The notes: generated from the letters alone by a model not told the origin. A DNA stretch of 32,000 nucleotides from Mycobacterium leprae TN (GCF_000195855.1 NC_002677.1:780001-812000), one strand, 5' to 3'. Numbered from the stretch's first letter, positions 20,260 through 30,620 are shown. A program made the numbers and translations.

Positions 20260-21975
20260 AAGACGGTTGTCTGGAATTCTGAAGGCATGGCAGGCAAGGA
20301 CATAGATCCCCGGGTGAAGAGTGCTCTAGAAGTGATCAAGCAGAATTCTGGGATTGTGCTTTCGTACTCTCACCAGTGATCGTAGCTTTGAGCGTCATAT
20401 GGTGGCTCGCCGGGATGTGCTGGGCCATCGTGGCTGCTGTCGTGCTGTTGCTCGTCGGCGGAGCTGCCGTCGGCTTGAAACGTTGATGCACCTGGCATGT
20501 GTTCGTGGTGGGGCCGGGGCACCGTCTAGGACGTGCTGTCCGAATAGGAAATAAAGGATCTGACAGGGTGAGTTGCGGCGCTGCTACCCGGCCATGACAT
20601 GACGGATTACTGCCCGCCGGACCCGAACGTGCTCGGGTTTGCAACACCACGGATGACTTCGTCGGCCTAACCGGTCATGCTCGTGGCAAGGCATTTCGTG
20701 GTGTCGCGCGCAACTTGCAAGGCTGCCTCGACCGCGTCCCCAGTCTAATCGCACGACCTCGCTGGCAACTATACATGATAAACGTACTAGATTGGCTCGC
20801 GAGGGAATTTCCGCTACCCCATACGGCGGCGGTAGCTCGGCTGTCGGTGGCGTCGAGCCTCGATTTGACGATCTGGCTGTCACGGAGGACGTCACCGAAA
20901 TGAGCGCAATGCTTAAGATCGATAATATCAGTCGGGCTGCGCGGATCCATGCTGGCGCGCTGGGCCCGGCGATCGAGGACCAATACTCCCACACGATTTG
21001 ACGTTGCGGCATTTACCTCGGTCCATCCCGTTCTCCAGCTTTGGGGTTGGTTAGCCACCCGCGTCGGCGGGCACTTTGCCACCGCTGTACACTCACATCG
21101 ACGCCCTGACTGAATCACTGCGGATCGTTACCCCGGCCGGGGTGAGTTAAGGCTAGTCGGTTGCCCGGGACTGGCACCCGGGACGGTTGTTCCTTGGCTC
21201 CGAGGGTTCGCTCAGCATCGTTACTGGAGCGTGGATACGGTTACAGTACTGCTCGCGCTGGCAGGTAACCGGCATCGGTGCCGTTCGATGATTGGGGACG
21301 GCCCTGGCTACTTGGACAATTGCTAAGCTGGCCTTTATCCGACCCATTGCCGGTTGCTGGATCCGACCGAGGCGTTCCTGAATGCCGGTGTGCCGGTCGT
21401 CTGCGGTTTGCTGGTGCTGGTTTTCGAATCGGCTGACCACTTGATCGATGCGTGGCTACATCGGGCACAAGAGATCGCTGCCGCGTACGGCGGTACTGTG
21501 ACCGCGCGGGGCAGCCGCCGACACCGCAAGCGACACAAAAGAAAAACTATGCTCCGGCAAGCTGGTGCTCATCGTTTCTGTGCATGCCTTACTAGCGTGA
21601 CGCTCTTGCCTGCTGCGCTGTCATCGCCGAGAAGTTCGCCATCTCATTTGCACCTGGGACGGATTCGACGCACTGCACGCCAGCGGTTTACCGAGGTTGC
21701 CAGGACAGTGCTCGAGCGAGCCTGCGGAGCGACCGGGCGGTTAACCCATGTCTATCCCGACAGCCCGGCCCCGTATTTATGGGATCTACGTCGACGGGAG
21801 CTGGGGCTCTCTGGATACTCAATGGGACGAGATCAAAAACTGCTGTGTTCGAGGCGATTATCGCCTGTAGTACGACCGGCAGCGCCCGGACCTCTTCGTG
21901 GCAGCTCTGCGTGCGGCGAAGTCCGTGCTGGACCTGGCCGGGAGCGTCAACCCCGGGATACTGGTCGACCTGTGA
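20260..21975 (+). pseudogene. FAD-linked oxidase (alkyl-DHAP synthase agpS-like), decayed
   Basis: GISATPYGGGSSAVGGVEPRF...MLKIDNISRAARIHAGALGPAIEDQ is a PCMH FAD-binding domain (ORF 20792-21001). Also RLLDPTEAFLNAGVP...LVLVFESADHLIDAWLHRAQEIAAAYGG, THVYPDSPAPY, and C-terminal VLDLAGSVNPGILVDL* ending at TGA 21973-21975. At least three frames are needed. Confidence 0.65.
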
Positions 21976-23346
21976 TCAGCCGTGCCCGATCCGCAGCAGC
22001 TCGGCGAGGTTCGGCAGCTTAACGCGGGGGCGGCCGTGCGGTTCGCCGGCCGCTCGCTCAAAGCGGTCGATGGCCTGCCAGTGCGCCGACGTGACCAGCT
22101 TCGGTTGCCGTTCGGCCAGCCACTCGGCCAGCCGGTCGGCGTGGTCTGCGCCGAACTTTTCGGTATCATTGGCGCCAGCCAGATTCTCCATCAAGGTGTC
22201 GACAGTGTCTTGGGAGTCCTTCTTGTTGGTGCCGATCACCCCGGTCGGCCCGCGTTTGATCCACCCGACGACGTACTCGTTTCGGCTGCCGTTCACCCGG
22301 CCGTTGGTGTTGGGGATGGTTACGCTACTGTCGTCGAATGGTAACCCCGGCGTAGGGACGCCGCGATAACCGATCGACCGCACAATCAACTGAGCCGGCA
22401 GCTCCTCGCGAACACCGGTGTCTTTGGCTGCCACCCGCCCGTTGTCGTCGGTGACAAGTTCGTTTTGACCGAGAACGATCCTCTCCACCTTGCCTTTGCC
22501 TTTGATTTCAATTGGGGAAGTCAGGAATCGGAACACAATCCGACGATGGCCGGGTTTGGGCGTGCGCACAGTGTAGTCGCGTAACACTTTGATGTTCTGC
22601 CTGGTCGTCTTGCCCGCCGCGGCCGCGTTCTCGTCACTGATGCCCTCCAGCTGGGCAGGATCGACAAGCACGTCGACCCCTTCGATGTCTGCTAGCTCAC
22701 GCAGCTCCAGTGTGGTGAACGCTGTCTGTAATGGCCCGCGGCGGCCAACGATCACCACTTCCTCGATCCCGCGCGGGCGCAGTGACTCTAGTGCGTGGTC
22801 GGCGATATCGGTGAATGCCAGTACGTCGGGATCGGTGATTAGGATGCGTGTGACGTCGAGTGCGACGTTGCCGTTGCCAATAACCACTGCGCGACTGCCC
22901 GAAAGGTCGGGTGACCTCTCGTGGAAGTTGGGGTGTGCGTTATACCAACCCACGAAATCGACAGCGGCGATACTGCCTGGCAGGTCTTCACCGGGGATGT
23001 TCAAAGCGCGGTCGGACTGCGCCCCGACAGCATATATCACGGCATCGTAGCGTTCGGCGAGTTCGGCAGGCTCGATGTGTTTACCGACAATCACATTGCC
23101 GAAGAAGCGGAACCGCGGGTCCTCAGCGGTCTTCTCGAACTGCTTGCTGATCGATTTGATCTTGGGGTGATCGGGTGCGACACCAGAGCGGACCAGTCCC
23201 CACGGGGTGGGCAGCATCTCCAGCATGTCGACGGCAACGTTGATCTCGTCGGAGGCGTCAGCGGCCTTCAACACGGATGCCGCGGCGAAAAATCCCGATG
23301 GCCCCGAGCCAACTATGGCTATGTGATGTATGTGGTGTGGACGCAA
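21976..23346 (-). CDS. fprA: NADPH-ferredoxin reductase FprA
   Basis: Intact 456-aa ORF. TTG start at 23346 has GAAGG 7-11 nt upstream. Contains FAD GxGxxG (IVGSGPSGFF) and the NADP site VIGNGNVALD. It is collinear with my memory of M. tuberculosis FprA (also 456 aa). Confidence 0.95.
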   Translation of the reverse strand: MRPHHIHHIAIVGSGPSGFFAAASVLKAADASDEINVAVDMLEMLPTPWGLVRSGVAPDHPKIKSISKQFEKTAEDPRFRFFGNVIVGKHIEPAELAERYDAVIYAVGAQSDRALNIPGEDLPGSIAAVDFVGWYNAHPNFHERSPDLSGSRAVVIGNGNVALDVTRILITDPDVLAFTDIADHALESLRPRGIEEVVIVGRRGPLQTAFTTLELRELADIEGVDVLVDPAQLEGISDENAAAAGKTTRQNIKVLRDYTVRTPKPGHRRIVFRFLTSPIEIKGKGKVERIVLGQNELVTDDNGRVAAKDTGVREELPAQLIVRSIGYRGVPTPGLPFDDSSVTIPNTNGRVNGSRNEYVVGWIKRGPTGVIGTNKKDSQDTVDTLMENLAGANDTEKFGADHADRLAEWLAERQPKLVTSAHWQAIDRFERAAGEPHGRPRVKLPNLAELLRIGHG

Positions 23347-23525
23347 TACCTGAGCCTTCTGTTCGTGCTTGGTTCCTGTGGCGCTGGAGGCGTTGGAATA
23401 TATTGAGCGGTCACGTCGTTATGGTGCCGCTCACATGACGATCGCTTTGATACTAGTGGCTGTTACTGGGAGGTCCCCAGAGCACTGCTGGTCGCCACCG
23501 TAGGGCGCCGGTAACGTGGGCGGCT

Positions 23526-24650
23526 GTGGAACCTGACCGACAAACCGACATCGCTGCTCTTGACTCCACCTTGACCACGGTGGAGCGGGTGCTCGACGTG
23601 GAGGGTCTGCGCACCCGCATCGAGAAACTTGAGCATGAGGCGTCCGATCCGAAACTGTGGGATGACCAAGTCCGCGCGCAACGTGTGACCAGCGAGTTAT
23701 CTCACGCTCAGGGCGAGCTGCGCCGAATCGAGGAGCTGCGGCGACGTTTAGATGACTTGCCGGTACTCTACGAATTAGCGGCTGAGGAAAGGGCTGCGGC
23801 CGCCGCTAGCGGAATGGAGGCCTTCGCTGAGGCTGATGCCGAACTCAAGGCGCTGCGCGTCGATATCGAAGCCACCGAGGTGCGCACGCTGTTGTCAGGC
23901 GAATATGACGAGCGCGAAGCGCTGATCACCATACGTTCCGGTGCTGGCGGAGTGGATGCCGCGGACTGGGCCGAAATGCTGATGCGGATGTATATTCGAT
24001 GGGCAGAGCAGCACAAATACGGCGTCGAGGTGTTAGACACCTCCTATGCCGAAGAAGCCGGTGTCAAAAGTGCCACGTTCGCCGTGCACGCGCCGTTCGC
24101 CTATGGCACGTTGGCGAGCGAGCAGGGCACCCACCGGCTGGTCCGGATCAGCCCGTTCGACAACCAGAGTCGGCGGCAGACCTCGTTCGCTGAGGTCGAA
24201 GTGTTGCCTGTGGTGGAGATCACCGATCACATCGACATTCCCGAAGGCGATGTGCGCGTCGATGTCTACCGATCCAGCGGTCCTGGCGGCCAGTCGGTCA
24301 ACACCACCGACTCTGCGGTACGGCTAACTCACGTCCCAACCGGTCTTGTCGTTACCTGCCAGAACGAGAAATCGCAGCTGCAGAACAAGGTATCGGCGAT
24401 GCGCGTGCTGCAAGCAAAGTTGTTGGAGCGTAAGCGTTTAGAAGAACGCGCTGAGCTAGATGCATTAAAGGGTAGGGGTGGCAGCTCGTGGGGCAATCAG
24501 ATACGGTCCTATGTACTGCACCCTTATCAGATGGTCAAGGATCTGCGAAACGAGTACGAGGTGGGTAACCCGACAGCTGTACTTGACGGAGACATCGACG
24601 GGTTCCTGGAAGCCGGGATTCGTTGGCGCAACAGACGTGATATCAGCTAA
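23526..24650 (+). CDS. prfB: Peptide chain release factor 2
   Basis: Intact 374-aa ORF from GTG. Contains the SPF tripeptide (RISPFD) and the GGQ motif (SGPGGQSVN). It is a single continuous frame with no internal UGA. Confidence 0.95.
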   Translation: MEPDRQTDIAALDSTLTTVERVLDVEGLRTRIEKLEHEASDPKLWDDQVRAQRVTSELSHAQGELRRIEELRRRLDDLPVLYELAAEERAAAAASGMEAFAEADAELKALRVDIEATEVRTLLSGEYDEREALITIRSGAGGVDAADWAEMLMRMYIRWAEQHKYGVEVLDTSYAEEAGVKSATFAVHAPFAYGTLASEQGTHRLVRISPFDNQSRRQTSFAEVEVLPVVEITDHIDIPEGDVRVDVYRSSGPGGQSVNTTDSAVRLTHVPTGLVVTCQNEKSQLQNKVSAMRVLQAKLLERKRLEERAELDALKGRGGSSWGNQIRSYVLHPYQMVKDLRNEYEVGNPTAVLDGDIDGFLEAGIRWRNRRDIS

Positions 24651-24699
24651 CACGACAGTTCTTGCTGTTTCGTTAACGCAAGCGTTGGCATGACTTCTG

Positions 24700-25600
24700 G
24701 CGCGGTGAGATCAGTGACTGGATCATCGACAAGAGCCTGCGGATCGTCATGCTACTGATTGGGGCGGTGCTGCCGGTTCGCTTCGTAAGCTTGGTGGCGT
24801 AACAAGCGACCCGCCAGGAGGGCTTAGACGTCAACTTTGTCGAAAGCGACGCCTCGGTGCGCTCGGAAGCAACTAAACACCGCCAGGCCGTCGCGTCGGT
24901 GATCTGGTGGGTGTTAGTCGTTATTACCGCGATCTGGGTCGTTCTTCAGATCAGCGATGTGCTGCGCTTGTCGATAGGTGGGCTGGTCGCGTTGGGTTTC
25001 GGTGTTCTGGTTACGTTGACCGTAAGCGGTGCCGCTGACGAGGCCCGCGGCACCGCTGAGGATGTGACGTTGCGGGTAGCCAGGCTACGTTCCTGCGCTG
25101 GCTAGGTGTTCACGGTCCCCAACAGATCAAATCGTCAAATCGGTCAACCTTTTTAAGGACTGGGCGCGGGCTGTGGCGGACATCCCGGTGGCGCCCAGCG
25201 CCGATCTCAACTGGTCAACGTGGTCTCGCGCCAGCGAGTGTGAGCATGCCCGCAATAACCCGATGCTGGTGGAGTTGTTGTTAGATGCCCCGCACGATGA
25301 TCACGATGATGGTAGTGGAAAATATCGCAGTCGGCACTGTCACGCTGCGGGTTGTGGCTCGCGCATTGCTCGGCAAGTAGTTCAAGGCTGGCTGTCAGTT
25401 GCGTGTGGTTGTTACTAGGGCATTCGTTCGTGCCAGCATCGTTACCGTGGCCGATACACCGGTCGGCCTTGGCGAATCCTGTCTTACCTACGGCCAAGGC
25501 TGCCGAGGACCAGACGCTGGCATCTCTGTGCATTGGCGTGAAGTTCACGCTCAAAGTCCTCAAGAAGGGTGGCGCCGACGGTGGATGACGCTGACCCCGT
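24700..25600 (+). pseudogene. MscS-family mechanosensitive channel, decayed
   Basis: WIIDKSLRIVMLLIGAVLPVRF then a stop. ORF 24857-25105 reads SEATKHRQAVASVIWWVLVVITAIWVVLQISDVL...GLVALGFGV...GTAEDVTLRVARLR, the MscS TM3/beta-domain pattern. Frame breaks follow. Same position as the membrane gene between prfB and ftsE in M. tuberculosis. Confidence 0.55.
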
Positions 25601-25919
25601 CACATGTTTGGCGGCCGGATCCCGCGTCTCGACGCTGGCGTTGATCGTGGCCGTTCCTAGCGGTATAGCACTTATTGCACACTGGAAGCCTCTAATGGTT
25701 GAATTGGCCAACCAGGTGATGTCACCGGGCTTCGTCCCCGACCCGAACTACGCGTGAGTGCTGCGCAGCAAAGTGGACCAGCCGCCATCTACGGTGACTG
25801 TCACCACCACTTCACCTGTGCAACAATTCTAGGCGGAGCCTCTAGACCTTACTTCGTTAGGTGCCCGCTTAGTGATCATCGCGTTCCAGGGAAATTCACC
25901 GCTACACTTGCGAACCGTG

Positions 25920-26609
25920 ATGATCACCCTAGACCATGTCAGTAAGAAGTATAAATCGTTGGCGCGGCCTGCGTTAGACAACGTCAACGTCAAAATTGAC
26001 AAGGGTGAATTCGTCTTCTTGATTGGCCCGTCAGGTTCCGGCAAATCCACCTTTATGCGGTTGCTGCTGGGTGCCGAAACACCGACATCCGGTGACGTGC
26101 GGGTCTCGAAGTTTCACGTCAACAAATTGCCTGGCCGCCACATACCGCGGCTGCGGCAGGTTATCGGCTGTGTTTTCCAGGATTTTCGGTTGCTGCAGCA
26201 AAAGACGGTGTACGAGAACGTCGCCTTTGCTCTGGAAGTCATCGGCAGACGCTCGGATGCAATCAACCAGGTGGTGCCTGATGTGCTCGAGACGGTCGGC
26301 CTGTCTGGCAAAGCTAATCGGCTGCCGGACGAGCTGTCAGGAGGCGAGCAGCAGCGGGTTGCGATAGCCCGCGCATTTGTCAACAGGCCGTTGGTATTGC
26401 TGGCCGATGAGCCCACCGGCAACCTCGACCCAGACACCAGTAAGGACATTATGGATTTGTTGGAGCGGATCAACCGCACCGGGACTACTGTGCTGATGGC
26501 AACCCACGACCACCACATCGTCGACTCGATGCGGCAACGGGTCGTGGAGCTGTCTTTGGGCAGGCTGGTTCGGGACGAATGGTGTGGCATTTACGGGATG
26601 GATCGCTAA
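25920..26609 (+). CDS. ftsE: Cell-division ABC ATPase FtsE
   Basis: 229 aa from ATG 25920 ([13 protein letters not shown]). Contains Walker [10 protein letters not shown], signature LSGGEQQR and Walker B LLADEPT. The track ORF start at 25872 is an upstream extension. Confidence 0.95.
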   Translation: MITLDHVSKKYKSLARPALDNVNVKIDKGEFVFLIGPSGSGKSTFMRLLLGAETPTSGDVRVSKFHVNKLPGRHIPRLRQVIGCVFQDFRLLQQKTVYENVAFALEVIGRRSDAINQVVPDVLETVGLSGKANRLPDELSGGEQQRVAIARAFVNRPLVLLADEPTGNLDPDTSKDIMDLLERINRTGTTVLMATHDHHIVDSMRQRVVELSLGRLVRDEWCGIYGMDR

Positions 26610-27503
26610 GTGCGCTTCGGCTTTCTGCTCAACGAGGTTGTGACTGGCCTCCGTCGCAATGTCACGATGACGATAGCGATGATCTTGACGACCGCGATCT
26701 CGATTGGCTTGTTTGGTGGCGGGCTGCTGGTGGTCCGGTTGGCCGACAACTCCCGAAGCATCTACCTGGATCGAGTCGAGACACAGGTCTTTCTCACCGA
26801 TGACATCTCCGCCAACGATCTGACCTGCAACACAAACTTGTGTAAGGCGCTTCGGGGAAAGATCGAAGCTCGAGATGACGTCAAATCCTTACGGTTCCTT
26901 AACCGTCAGGACGCTTACGACGACGCTATCCGAAAATTCCCGCAGTACAGGGATGTTGCGGGCAAGGATTCTTTCCCCGCTTCGTTCATCATCAAGCTAG
27001 CTAACCCCGTTCAACACAAGGAATTTGACGCCGCGACGCAGGGCCAGCCCGGGGTGCTTTCCGTGCTCAATCAGAAGGAACTGATCGACCGTCTGTTCGC
27101 CGTGTTGGACGGTTTGAGCGACGTCGCGTTCGTCATAGCTTTAGTGCAGGCTATCGGAGCAATCCTGCTAATTGCCAATATGGTTCAAGTCGCGGCCTAT
27201 ACGCGGCGCACCGAGATCGGCATCATGCGACTGGTCGGCGCCAGCCGCTGGTATACTCAACTTCCTTTTTTGCTGGAGGCAATGGTGGCTGCGACCGTAG
27301 GCGCCGTCATCGCGATCGTTGGTCTGCTTGTGGCGCGAGCAATGTTTTTGAACAATGCACTGAACCAGTTCTATCAAGCTAATCTGATTGCCCGGGTCGA
27401 TTATGCCGATGTCCTGTACGTTTCCCCGTGGTTGTTGTTGCTCGGCGTGGCGTTGGCCGCGTTGACCGGTTACGCAACATTGCGCATTTACGTGCGACGG
27501 TAA
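26610..27503 (+). CDS. ftsX: Cell-division permease-like protein FtsX
   Basis: 297 aa. The GTG start directly abuts the ftsE TAA. One N-terminal TM, a periplasmic domain and three C-terminal TMs ([16 protein letters not shown]). Confidence 0.95.
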
Positions 27504-27505
27504 GT

Positions 27506-27988
27506 GTGGCCAGAAACCCTCGTGGCGGCAAGCAGATTGTGGCCACCAATCGCAAGGCTCGGCACGATTACGCAATCATTGAATTGTTTGAGGCTGGGGT
27601 GGCGTTGCTTGGCACCGAGGTGAAAAGTCTGCGGGAGGGGCATGCGTCGCTGGCCGACGCGTTCGCAACCGTCGACAGCGGTGAAGTGTGGTTGCGAAAC
27701 ATGCACATCCCGGAGTATCAGCATGGTAGCTGGACCAATCACGATCCTCGCCGTAACCGCAAGCTGCTGCTGCACCGCCGCCAGATCGACACCCTGGTTG
27801 GCAAGATCCGTGACGGCAACCTCGCGCTAGTGCCGTTATCGTTGTATTTTGCCGAGGGCAAGGTCAAGGTCGAGCTTGCGCTGGCGCGCGGCAAGAAACT
27901 GCACGACAAGCGCCAGGACATGGCGCGTCGCGATGCTCAGCGCGAAGTAATCCGTGAACTCGGTCGCCGTGCCAAGGGCATGCTCTGA
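27506..27988 (+). CDS. smpB: SsrA-binding protein SmpB
   Basis: 160 aa from GTG 27506 (VARNPRGGKQIVATNRKARHDYAI...). The start is 2 nt after the ftsX TAA. The track ORF start at 27428 overlaps ftsX and is rejected. Confidence 0.93.
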   Translation: MARNPRGGKQIVATNRKARHDYAIIELFEAGVALLGTEVKSLREGHASLADAFATVDSGEVWLRNMHIPEYQHGSWTNHDPRRNRKLLLHRRQIDTLVGKIRDGNLALVPLSLYFAEGKVKVELALARGKKLHDKRQDMARRDAQREVIRELGRRAKGML

Positions 27989-28229
27989 GCGAGATCGGCC
28001 TAATATCCGACCTATGGTCGTCTGTTTCACCCCCCAACTTGACACCCGACGTGTTGTCCGGGTCGGTTCACTGCGTGGGACTACCAATCGACGCGCTACT
28101 ACAAGGGTGGCCCCAGGATAGTTTGGCACGCGCATCGACGCCGCTGCCTGCAGACTGTCGTAGCATGCATCATTGCCACTGAGTAATTTCTGCAGGACAT
28201 AGCCCCACCTGGACATCAATGTCAAGTTG

Positions 28230-28866
28230 CTTGAGCATGTGCGCAATGGCACCGGAGCGATAAACGAATGCTGGGTGCGCCGCTACAGGGTGAATCCGGG
28301 ACCAGCGTCGGCAAGCGGCTACCGCGCGGTGACTCGAGCTTGCCGCACGGCGCTGTTGAGTATGACCGATGACAAGTGGAACGCACCGACCCCGACCCCG
28401 GCAGGTATGGTTAGAGTTACGGGCGGTTCATGTGAATACGAGTCTTCGACCGCTGGGTGTATGAGCAAGACAGCCGTGAGGTATTGGCGAACCTGTCGTC
28501 CGACGAGGAGCTTGGTAGGTCCGCATCGCGACTGTCTCTCGATGAAACCGTGGCCACTATGGGATTTGTTGTTGGCAAAGTGGCCCAGGCTACCCGACAG
28601 TGGGCGTTCAGGTCACCCTCCGGGTCGTATCCGGGTCAGTGTCGATAGTTGCGCTAATCTGGTAGACGACTTGGTCAGGTTGCAGCCTATGGCGGCTGTC
28701 TAGCTGGACGTACTGCAGTTTACCAGGCTTGCTGACGGTCGGCTCGATGTGCTCCTCGTGCCAAGCTATGACGTTGAACTAGATGGATATAAGGAGGCCC
28801 CCTGGCAGTTCCACATTGTCGACCGGCTGAATTTCGTGATCTGCCTCGATTGGCTCCCTGTATGAG
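28230..28866 (+). pseudogene. Unidentified decayed gene between smpB and ssrA
   Basis: ORF 28227-28703 (Arg/Cys/Trp-rich, so probably an off-frame reading) is followed after a stop by a coherent tail LDVLQFTRLADGRLDVLLVPSYDVELDGYKEAPWQFHIVDRLNFVICLDWLPV* ending near 28866. No family was recognised. Confidence 0.3.
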
Positions 28867-29000
28867 GGTTAACACCGAGATCTACGCCAGCGCAAAATAA
28901 CTACGTAGCACATCTTTCGACGCCCGCCAAACTCGCTCACTAGCGAGATCAGCCCATCCTGGCTTTCTGGATGTCGGGACGGTAATTCCATTGCCGTTCG

Positions 29001-29028
29001 TTGATAGCAGCGTATCATTGTATATAAT
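29001..29028 (+). promoter_or_regulatory. Candidate sigma-A-type promoter of ssrA
   Basis: TTGATA (29001-29006), 16 nt spacer, TATAAT (29023-29028). The -10 ends 26 nt before the mature tmRNA 5' end, which allows a short RNase P-processed leader. Confidence 0.5.
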
Positions 29029-29054
29029 CCTGTCGAAAGTCGGCGGGGACGCGA

Positions 29055-29422
29055 GGGGCTGAAAGGTTTCGACTTCGCGCATCGAATCAAGGGAAGCGTG
29101 CCGGTGCAGGCAAGAGACCACCGTAAGCGTCGTTGCAGCAATATAAGCGCCGATTCATATCAGCGCGACTATGCTCTCGCTGCCTAAGCGATGGCTAGTC
29201 TGTCAGACCGGGAACGCCCTCGTCCCGGAGCCTGGCATCAGCTAGAGGGATCTACCGATGGGTTCGGTCGCGGGACTCGTCGGGACACCAACCGCGACTG
29301 GGATCGTCATCCTGGCTAGTTCGCGTGATCAGGAGATCCGAGTAGAGGCATAGCGAACTACGCACGGAGAAGCCTTGAGGGAAATGCCGTAGGACCCGGG
29401 TTCGATTCCCGGCAGCTCCACC
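29055..29422 (+). ncRNA. ssrA: tmRNA (ssrA), tag peptide ADSYQRDYALAA
   Basis: 5' GGGGCTG pairs with 3' CAGCTCC, including the G3:U70 alanine identity pair. T-arm is GGGTTCGATTCCCGG, with discriminator A plus CC. The tag frame runs from GCC at 29149 to TAA at 29185-29187 (gcc gat tca tat cag cgc gac tat gct ctc gct gcc taa). The base after ACC is G, so the final A of CCA is not encoded. Confidence 0.95.
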
Positions 29423-29559
29423 GAATAATGGCTAGTTCGGGATACCCGCGATCGATCGATATCGATCCGATTCACGGCGGTACCCTCCATGGGCGAATGC
29501 AGGTGATGTGTTACTGGGTTGCTAAAGACGGCCAAGTGTTGCGGTGGGCAATGGCGTAA

Positions 29560-30620
29560 GCAACCACGAGTGAAACGTAACACTCTTGTCGGTTGCCCTT
29601 CTCGAAATCCGCTCCATCGACGGCTGTCATATTGGTTATATACGCTAGGCAGGCAATGTTATGGTCTGCCGTGGATGCCCACGTGTAGAGTTCCGTGGCT
29701 TCCAGTTCGTCACATGCGATATCGTGTCCTTATGTTTTCTTGCGGAAAACCGTCAGCGTATTCTTTAATTAGCTGGCGCGTCGCCGTGGAACAAAATACG
29801 TCAGGTTCACCGACGAGCTGCCCGAGGTGGATTTGATCGCGTCCAGCCCGTCATCGTCCTACAGCCATTTGGCGGTGGTGAGCGTTTCGTCGGTGGCGAT
29901 TCTGCCACGCACGCCGTCGACCATATTGAGCTATCGGTCACCGCGATCTGTTGCTTGACAGCCCGACGTGCCGCCAACATCAACCCAAACGCGACTTTAG
30001 CCCAGTTCTGCAGCGACCTGCCGAACTCGCTATCTTGACGGTTGGTCATCGGAGACAGAAATGCATTTGCTAGAATAGTTATGGCCCACGTGGATTTCGA
30101 CAGCGTCGAAACCGGTGTTGACGGCCAGGCGGGTGGTGTCGGCGTAGGCCACAGCACATCGTGGATATCATCGCGGGTCTTGTGAATGAAGGCCAGCGGG
30201 ACACCGCTCAGTGGGTCGGACCATTTATCGGCGATTCGCATCCCGATTGGATTGAAGAACTGCACTGGCACCAGGGCAGTGGCCTTGTTGGAGCCGGCAT
30301 CAGTTACCGGACCCGCGTAGCTGATCTGTGTGTTCACCGCCGCGCCCTACGCGTGGATCGCCTGGGTCAGCCGACATAACCCGGTTACTGCCTCCAACAC
30401 ATCCAGATCTGATTGCCGTTGGTGTGGCCACCAAGGGAAAGTGCGCAATACGTGACGGTGGTTATGCCCACCCCGCTGGTTGCTGATGATATTTGATCAG
30501 GTTATCGGTCACCAGTGCATCTGGCGTGCGCGCCTCGAATGTTGCGGCCTTGATGACAAGGTTACGTAACGTGAACGGATCGAGCTGCGCTCGGCTGAAC
30601 ACGTCCGTTGTGTTGGCCAT
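29560..30620 (-). pseudogene. Old-Yellow-Enzyme family NADH:flavin oxidoreductase, decayed
   Basis: From ATG at 30620: [51 protein letters not shown]. Then GFDAVEIHVGHNY, and FLSPMTNRQDSEFGRSLQNWAKVAFGLMLAARRAV (ORF 29807-30337), which fit OYE motifs GFDGVEIH.AHGY and FLSP..N.RtDeYGGSleNR.RF. There are stops and frame changes. Confidence 0.6.

Noticed and set aside
20584-21118. 142-aa and 147-aa minus-strand ORFs
   Set aside because: Antisense to the FAD-binding-domain part of the agpS-like pseudogene, where the plus-strand reading carries the recognisable motifs.
21354-22369. 222-aa and 196-aa plus-strand ORFs (21354-22022, 21779-22369) that look like sizeable genes
   Set aside because: Each is a chimera. 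The 5' parts are individual frames of the frameshifted agpS-like pseudogene, and the 3' parts run antisense into fprA after missing the true stop at 21973-21975. They are not intact CDS.
22589-23406. 153-aa and 161-aa plus-strand ORFs
   Set aside because: Antisense to fprA, whose coding status is unambiguous.
23559-23564. ctt gac at prfB codons 12-13, resembling the CUU UGA C frameshift site minus one base
   Set aside because: Alignment with E. coli RF2 places the shift-site equivalent further downstream (ctc gac in ...RVLDVEG...). The ctt gac here is coincidental.
25872-25919. Upstream ATG (25872) as the ftsE start; similarly 27428 for smpB and 30608 for folD
   Set aside because: The N-terminal extensions have no counterpart in remembered orthologues. 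The smpB extension overlaps ftsX, and the folD extension overlaps the divergent pseudogene start. The conserved N-termini begin at 25920, 27506 and 30692.
26114-27575. 158-aa (26114-26590) and 135-aa (27168-27575) minus-strand ORFs
   Set aside because: Antisense to ftsE and ftsX respectively. No motifs.
29807-30337. 176-aa minus-strand ORF considered as an intact gene
   Set aside because: It is an internal fragment of the OYE-family pseudogene. The N-terminal (30338-30620) and C-terminal (29560-29800) parts lie in other frames with stops.
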